32,000 nt of DNA, taken from assembly GCF_000400465.1 (NCBI RefSeq), contig NW_008806285.1, positions 307,017-339,016 on the forward strand. Reading direction: 5' to 3'. The position numbers and the translations under genes are program-made. This DNA comes from Wallemia ichthyophaga EXF-994. Its lineage: Eukaryota; Fungi; Basidiomycota. This document shows positions 21,898-31,809 of this stretch, piece after piece (the first letter of the stretch is position 1; each line of letters begins with the position of its first letter). The notes beneath the pieces were generated by a model that saw nothing but the letters and a program-made list of their open reading frames with translations, did no database searches and had not been told where the DNA came from.

Positions 21898-24529
21898 ATG
21901 GCCACACCAAGTTTGATTCCATTGGTGGATACAACACCGAGCAAAGATTTGTTGTTAAGCGCCGCAAGAATTACTCCTGTCCTAGTTCCATCTAGCAATC
22001 TCAGCAACACCGTCTCTACCATCCCAAAGTCATCCAGCTACTACGTCTTAGTAGCAGACGATGAGAGCTTAGACAGCGCCATTAGTTACCTCAATAACGG
22101 CGCATCAGCTATCTTCGCTTCTGTCGAATTGGCTGACAGATGTATCTCTGCTGGCGTCCCTTCAGAAAAGCTCTATGCGGTCTCTAGCAGCACTGATATT
22201 CCAGAGGATGTCCTCAAAGGCATCAAAGGTGCCCTTATCAAGATTTCTGGCGTAAATTCAGCCACCCAACTTCCGAAACCAAAGGTTACTCTCTACTTAG
22301 ACGAATCTAAGATTATCCCAACCGAGAAGACAGTTGCTTCCTTACACAAGAGCAATGCTGCGCTTGCGGTGCCACTATCTCAACTCACCAACGACGCCAC
22401 ATCCTCATCCAAGTTGAACATCACAAACGCATTCTTGGCACCAATCACGACCGATAGACCAGATGGTTTGTTCAGCACCATCGTGTCATCCTACCTTCAC
22501 GGTGGAAAGTCATTAGGATTGTGCTATTCATCAAAGGAGTCAATAGAAGAATCCGTCAGAACAGGCAGAGGTGTCTACCAATCTCGCAAACATGGATTAT
22601 GGCGCAAAGGAGAAACAAGTGGTGCTATCCAAGACGTCGTTAAGATCGACCTAGATTGCGACTCTGACTGTCTCAACTTTGAGGTCATTCAACATGGCGC
22701 TGGGTTCTGTCATTTGGACACGCCAACTTGCTTCGGTCAATTGAGCGGCTTAGCTGCTTTGGAAGAGACTCTTGTTTCACGCCACCGATCAGCACCCGAG
22801 GGTAGTTACACTAAGAGACTGTTCAACGATGAAACTCTTCTCAGATCAAAGATTATGGAGGAAGCTGATGAGCTATGTGCTGCAAAATCCCAAGAGGATG
22901 TTGCATTCGAGGCAGCCGATTTGATTTACTTTGCATTAACAAGATGTGTCAGCAAGGGTGTCAATCTCGCAGATATCGGTCATGCATTAGACAAAAAAGC
23001 TGCTAAAGTATCGAGACGACCAGGAAATGCTAAGCCTAAATATCTTGAGCAGGCTCAAGCTAAGATTACCCCAGCTCCTGCACCATCGACCACCCAACAA
23101 CCTCAACCAACATCATTTGGTAACGATTTGATTAGAATGCGCAAGACTAAGCTGGACGGAATTGCCGAAGAGGAGCGCCTGCAGTTGTTGCGTAGACCTG
23201 TATTGAACTCAGGCGCAATGATTGATCGTGTCAGACCAATCGTTGAAGGTGTTAGTACTAAAGGTGACAAGAGCTTGCTTGATTTCATTGCCAAGTTAGA
23301 CAAGGCAGACCTGAAGTCGCCTATTGCACGTGCGCCATTTGAGGAGCCAACAATCCAACAAGATGTCAAGGAAGCAATTGATATCGCTTATGAAAACGTA
23401 CGTAAATTCCATGTTGGTCAAGCAGAGAAGGAGCCTTTAGTCGTTGAAACCATGCCGGGTATCGTTTGTCAAAGGTTCGCTAGACCAATCAGCAGGGTTG
23501 GTCTGTATGTGCCAGGAGGTACAGCAATCTTGCCCTCCTCTGCTCTCATGTTGGGTGTACCAGCGCAAGTAGCAGGATGCAAGGAAATAGTATTGGCAAC
23601 TCCGCCAAAACCTGATGGCAGCATTGCACCAGAAGTACTCTACGTCGCAAAGAAGGTCGGCGCGTCTGCCATTCTCAAAGCAGGAGGTGCACAAGCCGTA
23701 GCAGCTCTCGCTTATGGTACAGAGACAGTGCCAAAGGTTGACAAGATTTTTGGTCCTGGTAATCAATGGGTTACCGCCGCTAAGATGTTCGTATCGACGG
23801 ATGCTGACGCTCAAGTCGCTATTGATATGCCTGCTGGTCCATCGGAAGTACTGGTTATTGCTGACAAGACAGCCAATGCTTCCTACGTTGCCAGTGACCT
23901 TCTTTCACAAGCTGAGCACGGTGTCGACAGTCAAGTTGTGCTGGTGACGATCGATCTCAGTGAGAAGGAGATAGATGACATTGAGAAAGAGGTTGAACAG
24001 CAAGCTAGAAAGCTGCCACGTGTCGATATCACCAGAATTTCGGTATCAAAGAGTTTAATCGTATCAACTAGTGACGTCAAATCCGCATTCGATTTCTCGA
24101 ATGATTACGCTCCTGAGCACCTCATTCTTCATATTGACAGTGCGTCTGAGAAGGTGCCGATGGTCGAAAATGCTGGTAGTGTGTTCGTTGGACAATACTC
24201 TCCAGAGAGGTAAGTGTTCCGGCTATACCTGAAGCCAGCTGACTTCGCTTATAGTTGCGGTGATTATGCATCTGGCACCAACCACACACTTCCAACAAAC
24301 GGGTTTGCTAGACAGTATAGTGGTGAATACAGTCAAATCTCTTATGAATCAGTCTAACACGAAAATAGGTGTAAACACTCTTTCATTCCAAAAGCACATT
24401 ACTTCACAAGAACTTACTAAGGAGGGATTAGATAAATTGGGGCCAGTTGTCGTAAAATTAGCTGAATGTGAAGGATTACGCGCGCACGCCAATGCCGTAC
24501 GAGTAAGACTCGGTATGCAATCACCATAA
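21898..24529 (+). CDS. HIS4: Trifunctional histidine biosynthesis protein (PRA-CH / PRA-PH / histidinol dehydrogenase)
   Basis: [23 protein letters not shown]...FCHL, SYTKRLF...[46 protein letters not shown]. Two introns near the 3' end restore [17 protein letters not shown]...SG-VNT. Confidence 0.95.
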
Positions 24530-24578
24530 ACGCATGCAAGTATCTATGTTATTGTTCAATTCTATATTATAAATGGAT

Positions 24579-25433
24579 TCAAAACTTATGCTCCTCCCCT
24601 ATTAAAAGTTCTAGCTCGTCCATCCGTTGCTCTACAGCCATTTTTGCAACTTTTGTTTGATCCGCCTTATCTTTCAATTTTTGGAGATAGTTCTCGTCTG
24701 GTACTCTATAGAACTTGAATCTCTCCCACCATTTGTGAGTGACTGGTTCTTCAGGTGCCGGTTGAGGTGGTCGTTCGACAATACGCATGTGGTTTTCTTT
24801 GTCTTCTTCTTCTCTGTCTCTCCTTTTCAGCAAATAATTAATCCGCTGCACTCGCACCTCGTTAGCTACTGCTTGGCCCGTCGAACAAACCAAGACTGCT
24901 GTTATCACACCCGGGATAACACCTGCTCTACCGCCTTGAAATTATTAGTTTGCTGTGTATTGTGTGATAATCACCCACGAAGACGATAATTCCAGGCACC
25001 TCCACCAAGTGCACCCGCCAACGCTGAGTCTGCCATCTTGAAAGTCCTTGTCGGTTTATCCTGGTTGACAGGTGCGTACTTGCGTAGCGATGGGGTAACA
25101 AGCCACTCCCTCAAACCTTTGAGATTGTTAAAGGTTTCTGCTGAGTAGTCGCAGACGTACTAAAGAAGACGAAGGACGTGAGAGCGACGTTCTTGGCCGT
25201 ATTGAGACCTCTATCAAGAGCGTTTAGCAACATCGTTAGTCGTGCCTGCTACTCACAAATCCAACCCGTCGATTCCTTTCTGTGAGCCAGTCGCACCAGC
25301 GAGAAGACCTCCTCCGAGTGCTCCACCAAAAATCAGCCAGTGGTCCGATAAGCACATAGATAAACTCACTAAATCCAGCTGTGTTTATAAATATGTTCTG
25401 AGCTGCTTCTGTATCTGCTGGCCAGCTATCCAT
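24579..25433 (-). CDS. Small multi-exon membrane protein, Tim17/Tim22/Tim23-like
   Basis: Spliced over about four introns it gives Gly-rich TM segments: LGGGLLAGATG, AKNVALTSFVFFSLRE, DSALAGALGGG and GRAGVIPGVITAVLVCSTGQ, then a coiled-coil tail. The start (MDSWPAD, 25433) is tentative. Confidence 0.5.
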
Positions 25434-27269
25434 AGTAGACGAAGTATTCTTATCAACGTGGTCAGAGTCAAGGATGTTCTCGTTCAGATTGACTGCTGAA
25501 CGAGAAATAACTTCTTTCTTTTGATTTTAATAAGCGTGAAGCAGCACAAGATATACAGTCATTAGATGTGGATGCTATCAATGAAGTCATTTGCAGCGCG
25601 ATGGATTGACTGTACAGGTTTAAGAGGAAGTTGCAGAAGCGTCAAAATCTTAAATAAATTATGCGTTTGATATAAATTGAAACACCTTAACAATCTTTCA
25701 AAAGCAGCGTCTCAATATGAAGGATTCTGGCTAAGAGAACCACAGGTATGTTGCAGGAAGGGTGATTTGATATCTACAAATATAAATCCTACTCATCATA
25801 ACTCTGCAATTCTAACGCAGCTTTAATCACCCCTCCTTCACATTATTTGAAATTTCGAAGTTAACTAGTCGGAAGCAAAATCCCCGATGTTAGACTTTTG
25901 ATGACCCCCTAATTTCTATACCTAAATATCTTTGAAGTTTGAAGCGAGGCGGAATAGCAATTTTTCTCGGGAGTCAAGTTTGATAGCTGTGGACGCCATG
26001 TGCCGTAAAACGTTTTACGCGTTTAAAGGGTGGTAAATTGTGATTATGGTTCCTTGCGATCTGTAAAAATAAAAATAATGTGCTCCAAACGATGAAGTGC
26101 GTGTGATCCTCATATCTATCCTATGGCGTGCTGCAGAATGATTTCGGACTGTTGCTTCCGAGCAGCGTACAGAGCGTGATTTGAAGCATCAAGGAAATAA
26201 ATCTGGCAAAATCATACTATCTTCCGCCAGAGCTATAAGTTAAGCCTTTTTATTTGGAGATCATAAAAAGTCGTAAATCATCCATTTGGGATGAGATAGG
26301 TGTTAGAGAATGTATGTTGAAGGATATGAGCAAAAGATTGAAATAGTGCTGTATTTGAGATCCTGAAAATGCTATGAAGTGATGTTGTTGCTAAAGTATT
26401 TGAATCGTCAGTAAATGACATCGCTGTGTTTGTCTTCTCACTTAGTGCGTCTTTCGCGGGGAAAATAAGCATATCTGATTCAATTCAATGGTTCAGAGTT
26501 TTGAAAGCGTCTGAAGGAACAAAATGATAATGAAAAGCTATTCAAACCACCCTTACATCCAATAAGAACATTCTGATGTCATTAGAGTTGTAGAGTTGAG
26601 TCCATTTGAGCGATTGTAGGGAGCAACGGAGAATATGGTTGTCAAGATACAACCATACACTGATATATATCTAGACACTTAATAATGTACAAGTTATGTG
26701 TTTCAATCTCCAATACGCATACATTTCATAACACTTTTGTGACTCAGCGGCGGTAAAGAAGTGGCAGTAAGCACTCAATCTGCGCCAAATTCGAGAACAC
26801 TGATGCTCTTCTCTATCTCCGCTTTACCAGTAAATGCTCCAATCGATATGAATCCTCAGTGCCTGTTGAGGTCGCTACTGTAGTTTCAATTCAGATCAAC
26901 GATTCCCAGCGAAATCCGTTTCTGGATATATCTGAAGACTAGCACTCGCTACCATCAGCTCAGCATTGAATTCATATTGTGCATGTGATATGTATCATTT
27001 TCATCTACCAAATACTACATTCATAAGGACATTATATTTACATTTGCTTGATTCCCGGCAATCCGAGCGATGGGAATCCGTAAGCAATCTTCAACTGCTC
27101 TGGCGTCCAGCCAAAGATCTTGCCGTTGCTAACGATTCCGTAGTTTACTCTCGATTGCGTTACGTATAATTTTCGCTATCATGGTCGAGTCACTAATCAT
27201 GTCATCCACCAATAAACTTCTTGGTTGGTTACCATCAAAATTTAACCGAGTTTAATGTTTTAGAGGAGA

Positions 27270-28545
27270 ATGTCAAGCAATCTTTCAAGTTCTCTACTAA
27301 GCTCTCACCTCAGCCGCTCACTCAGGAAGCGTACAATGAACATAATACCTTCGTGGTTCGCTGTAACGATGGGGACTGGGATTCTTTCAATCCTGCTATT
27401 TAACTCACCTTACCAATTCAATGGCCTGCACGTAATAGCCGGCGTGATATTCGCCATTAACATCATCGTATTTGTTGTGTTACTGATATTTACTATACTC
27501 CGATACGCTATTTGGCCATCGCTGCTCCCACTGATGCTCACACACCCCGTCAACCTTTTTTTGGGGACGTTTCCAATGGGATTAGATACGCTGATTACAA
27601 TGATTGTCAACTCTCTAGTCCCCCGATATGGTTACAACTACGTCTTACTAGCCTATGTGCTGTGGTATATCAGCGTTGCCATTTCAATAATCACCTGTAT
27701 AGGTATTCCTTTTATTCAGATGAGCAGGCAGAACGTCGAAAATAGACAGATATTCGCGACTGCACTTCTACCCACCGTCAGTACAATAGTCGCAGCGTCT
27801 ACAGGTGCTTCTGTGGCGACTGTCCTCCCAGACTCACAGGCTAGGATCACTATTGTCATTTCATACATCCTCTTAGGCATGGGACTGCCAATATCCGTAC
27901 TCCTCATGGCTAATTACAGTTACAGACTTATCCTATTCAAGTTACCCCAGCCTGCTTTCATTAGCTCGACCTTTATCACTATAGGGCCATGCGGGCAGTC
28001 TGCATATGCCATCCTCAAGCTGAGCAGCGATGTTAATATGCTTATCTCAAAAACAGGTCTGGTTCCATTCACGGGTGTCAGAGATGAACAAGCTGCGAGA
28101 CTAGCGGGTATTGCGCTACAAACAGTATCCATTCCGATGGCTTTGTTTATCTGGGGATTCGGCGTGCTTTGGTTCTTCTTCGCTGTGATATCCTTCGCTG
28201 ATACATGGGCAGCTAAGAAAATACCTTTGAATCTGTCTCTCTGGGCATGCACGTGGGTGTATCCGTTGTCGAAAAAATCCTTGACTTACCTGTCTCAGCT
28301 TCCCTATCGGCACGCTGGCCTTGTCTGCTCAAGAGCTGGGCAAGGAGATGGACTCAACAGGGATGAAAGTCGTCGGTACTATCCTGATGATGCTCTTGTT
28401 GATAATTTGGCTGCTTCTTTTTCCAGTGACTCTTTACTTCAGCGTCATTAAGGATTCTTGGTTCACTAGCCCGTGTCTGTCGGAAGTCGGTGGCCAGCCG
28501 CCTTCATTTGAGGAGGTTGACTTTATCAAGAACCGCAAGTATTGA
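27270..28545 (+). CDS. SSU1: TDT/SLAC1-family transporter, Ssu1 sulfite-efflux-like, copy 1
   Basis: PSWFAVTMGTGILSILL, LFLGTFPMGLDT, ALLPTVSTIVAASTG, FITIGPCGQ; about 10 TMs. A 46-nt intron (28253-28298) restores WACT-FPIGTLAL and the C-terminus in ORF 28321..28545. The substrate (sulfite versus dicarboxylate) is not provable from sequence. Confidence 0.8.
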
Positions 28546-28658
28546 ACGAATATAGATATGTTTTATAGAATCAAAGCCAGGATGAGATTGTATGATGTAA
28601 TGTATTTAATTTATTTTCCCTAATTTTTTTCACTGTCTTCTTATCGGGTGCTAAGAGG

Positions 28659-28982
28659 ATGGGCAGGAATAAGCTCGATTCTGGCTGGAAAGGACGCCAG
28701 CAGAAGCAGTCTGAGGATTAGAAGCCTAACAATGATCTTAAGGGGGGCTATAAGAAGAACTTTAAGAAGGACAATAAGAATGACTCTAACCACTCAAGTA
28801 AACACGACAGAGGCTACAAAAACCACAGCAAGTCACATAGAAAGTCATCTGTTTCTCATAAACCAGTCACAGATGCAACCGCAAACGGCCAGGGTCAGTT
28901 GCATCCTTCATGAGCAGTCAAGAAAGCACAGGCGGAAACCATAGCAAATGCGCCAACGCGCACCAAAATTACATTCGAATAG
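28659..28982 (+). pseudogene. Decayed coding-like fragment (K/N/D/H-rich) with two internal stops; repeated at 31469..31792
   Basis: The frame from ATG 28659 reads MGRNKLDSGWKGRQQKQSED*KPNNDLKGGYKKNFKKDNKND...QLHPS*AVKKAQAETIANAPTRTKITFE*, with internal TAG at 28719 and TGA at 28911. Confidence 0.35.
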
Positions 28983-28999
28983 ACAAACTATAAATACAT

Positions 29000-29992
29000 T
29001 TAACTTATTGTGCCTGCATGATACGCGGATTTTGTTGTGATTGGAATGCGCATTCGACTAACGCCATCCTCGTCAGCGGGGGGCAAGCGACCACCTCGAA
29101 TATTGAACTGAATAGCAGGATGAAGGAGTTTTGGTGTGTTGAGAGAACTATCTTTCTCCATTCTGAATTGAGCAAAGTGGTCCATCTTGATATGATCATT
29201 GAGAAGCAGCTGATCTGCGACGGTAGTTGAGCAGCTCACCTGCTTACCATCACCTGGATAATCATGACCGACGAAAAGCTTGGTGTCACCAGCCAGACCC
29301 ATCAGCCTATCGATGGAAGACTTCAGCTGGGACGCTACACCGCCTGGAAAATCCGCTCTAGCGGTGTGAGTGGGGGCCAAAAATATGGAGTCGCCGGTGA
29401 AGACGTGTCCTCCGAACATATAACCAACATGGTCAGGCGTATGACCCGGAAGATGGATGACGTTGCCTGAGCAATCACCCAGCGAGATGGTCTCTCCATC
29501 ATCAAGCAGTCCATCGAAGCTACCTTGCAGAGAATCGAGAGAAAGGTTGTATCTTGGTCCGAAAGTGCGCTGCACGTCCACTATCCGCTTCCCAATGCTA
29601 ACGGGTGCGTGGAGGTGGTGCCTCAGGTAACGCGCTGCAGTGAGGTGGTCTGCATGTGCATGTGTCTCCAAAATATGGCGTACTTCTAATTTGCTCGTGG
29701 ATATGTGCGCTAGTAGTCCATCGGCACTCTGCGTACTCACATGCCCACTATTGCTGTCATAATCGAGCACTGGGTCTATCACCGCGGCTTGCAGTGTTCT
29801 AGGACAGTGCAGCACGTACGTCCATGTCGAACTGTCCTTATCGTAGAACGTCTGGGTTGTGGGTGTGTTGGCAGCTACATGCGTACGGAATGGCGGGGTT
29901 GGAGTAACTGCAGCAGTACTTTGATGTCTAATACCACCTTTAATCCCACCAGCTACTTTCCAATTATGATTACGTATAATTTTCGCTATCAT
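29000..29992 (-). CDS. Persulfide (sulfur) dioxygenase-like metallo-beta-lactamase, ETHE1/Blh family, with a putative mitochondrial presequence
   Basis: Intronless. Motifs: STWTYV, AAVIDPVLDYD, ILETHAHADHLTAA (HxHxDH), LPGHTPDH, FTGDSIF, TARADFPGG, LFVGHDY and PKLLHPAIQFNIRGGRLP. In-frame ATGs lie at 30010 and 29992; MIAKIIRNHNWK...IRHQST is basic and has no acidic residues. Confidence 0.85.
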   Translation of the reverse strand: MIAKIIRNHNWKVAGGIKGGIRHQSTAAVTPTPPFRTHVAANTPTTQTFYDKDSSTWTYVLHCPRTLQAAVIDPVLDYDSNSGHVSTQSADGLLAHISTSKLEVRHILETHAHADHLTAARYLRHHLHAPVSIGKRIVDVQRTFGPRYNLSLDSLQGSFDGLLDDGETISLGDCSGNVIHLPGHTPDHVGYMFGGHVFTGDSIFLAPTHTARADFPGGVASQLKSSIDRLMGLAGDTKLFVGHDYPGDGKQVSCSTTVADQLLLNDHIKMDHFAQFRMEKDSSLNTPKLLHPAIQFNIRGGRLPPADEDGVSRMRIPITTKSAYHAGTIS

Positions 29993-30079
29993 GGTCGAGT
30001 CACTAATCATGTCATCCACCAATAAACTTCTTGGTTGGTTACCATCAAAATTTAACCGAGTTTAATGTTTTAGAGGAGA

Positions 30080-31355
30080 ATGTCAAGCAATCTTTCAAGT
30101 TCTCTACTAAGCTCTCACCTCAGCCGCTCACTCAGGAAGCGTACAATGAACATAATACCTTCGTGGTTCGCTGTAACGATGGGGACTGGGATTCTTTCAA
30201 TCCTGCTATTTAACTCACCTTACCAATTCAATGGCCTGCACGTAATAGCCGGCGTGATATTCGCCATTAACATCATCGTATTTGTTGTGTTACTGATATT
30301 TACTATACTCCGATACGCTATTTGGCCATCGCTGCTCCCACTGATGCTCACACACCCCGTCAACCTTTTTTTGGGGACGTTTCCAATGGGATTAGATACG
30401 CTGATTACAATGATTGTCAACTCTCTAGTCCCCCGATATGGTTACAACTACGTCTTACTAGCCTATGTGCTGTGGTATATCAGCGTTGCCATTTCAATAA
30501 TCACCTGTATAGGTATTCCTTTTATTCAGATGAGCAGGCAGAACGTCGAAAATAGACAGATATTCGCGACTGCACTTCTACCCACCGTCAGTACAATAGT
30601 CGCAGCGTCTACAGGTGCTTCTGTGGCGAATGTCCTCCCAGACTCACAGGCTAGGATCACTATTGTCATTTCATACATCCTCTTAGGCATGGGACTGCCA
30701 ATATCCGTACTCCTCATGGCTAATTACAGTTACAGACTTATCCTATTCAAGTTACCCCAGCCTGCTTTCATTAGCTCGACCTTTATCACTATAGGGCCAT
30801 GCGGGCAGTCTGCATATGCCATCCTCAAGCTGAGCAGCGATGTTAATATGCTTATCTCAAAAACAGGTCTGGTTCCATTCACGGGTGTCAGAGATGAACA
30901 AGCTGCGAGACTAGCGGGTATTGCGCTACAAACAGTATCCATTCCGATGGCTTTGTTTATCTGGGGATTCGGCGTGCTTTGGTTCTTCTTCGCTGTGATA
31001 TCCTTCGCTGATACATGGGCAGCTAAGAAAATACCTTTGAATCTGTCTCTCTGGGCATGCACGTGGGTGTATCCGTTGTCGAAAAAATCCTTGACTTACC
31101 TGTCTCAGCTTCCCTATCGGCACGCTGGCCTTGTCTGCTCAAGAGCTGGGCAAGGAGATGGACTCAACAGGGATGAAAGTCGTCGGTACTATCCTGATGA
31201 TGCTCTTGTTGATAATTTGGCTGCTTCTTTTTCCAGTGACTCTTTACTTCAGCGTCATTAAGGATTCTTGGTTCACTAGCCCGTGTCTGTCGGAAGTCGG
31301 TGGCCAGCCGCCTTCATTTGAGGAGGTTGACTTTATCAAGAACCGCAAGTATTGA
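30080..31355 (+). CDS. SSU1: TDT/SLAC1-family transporter, Ssu1-like, copy 2
   Basis: Identical to copy 1 except for Thr->Asn (VATVLP -> VANVLP, A30630). Intron at 31063-31108. Confidence 0.8.
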
Positions 31356-31809
31356 ACGAATATAGATATGTTTTATAGAATCAAAGCCAGGATGAGATTG
31401 TATGATGTAATGTATTTAATTTATTTTCCCTAATTTTTTTCACTGTCTTCTTATCGGGTGCTAAGAGGATGGGCAGGAATAAGCTCGATTCTGGCTGGAA
31501 AGGACGCCAGCAGAAGCAGTCTGAGGATTAGAAGCCTAACAATGATCTTAAGGGGGGCTATAAGAAGAACTTTAAGAAGGACAATAAGAATGACTCTAAC
31601 CACTCAAGTAAACACGACAGAGGCTACAAAAACCACAGCAAGTCACATAGAAAGTCATCTGTTTCTCATAAACCAGTCACAGATGCAACCGCAAACGGCC
31701 AGGGTCAGTTGCATCCTTCATGAGCAGTCAAGAAAGCACAGGCGGAAACCATAGCAAATGCGCCAACGCGCACCAAAATTACATTCGAATAGACAAACTA
31801 TAAATACAT

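Larger units (their letters stand above)
27160..29969. repeat. Tandem segmental duplication, unit 1 (2810-bp period)
   Basis: Sequence from 27160 (ttacgtataattttcgc...) recurs at 29970. All ORF coordinates are offset by exactly 2810 (27270/30080, 28648/31458, 29000/31810). Confidence 0.97.

Noticed and set aside
26004-26019. Perfect 16-bp palindrome cgtaaaacgttttacg
   Set aside because: About one 8-bp-arm palindrome is expected by chance in 32-64 kb (1 in 4^8 per position), and there is no matching terminal repeat or target-site duplication.
27070-27115. GWTPEQLKIAYGF resemblance to sedolisin (S53) TP.Q...AYG motif
   Set aside because: The match is too short, the frame ends 9 codons later, and no catalytic motifs are nearby.
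27270-28451. 393-aa SSU1 ORF ending ...DSLLQRH, suggesting a frameshifted pseudogene
   Set aside because: A canonical 46-nt intron (28253-28298) restores the conserved FPIG motif and the last TM helices, so the gene is intact.
28648-28944. 98-aa ORF MLRGWAGISS... (and its copy at 31458..31754) as a real gene
   Set aside because: It has a GTG start and unnatural R/T/M-rich composition. It is better explained as an alternative frame of the stop-containing relic at 28659..28982.
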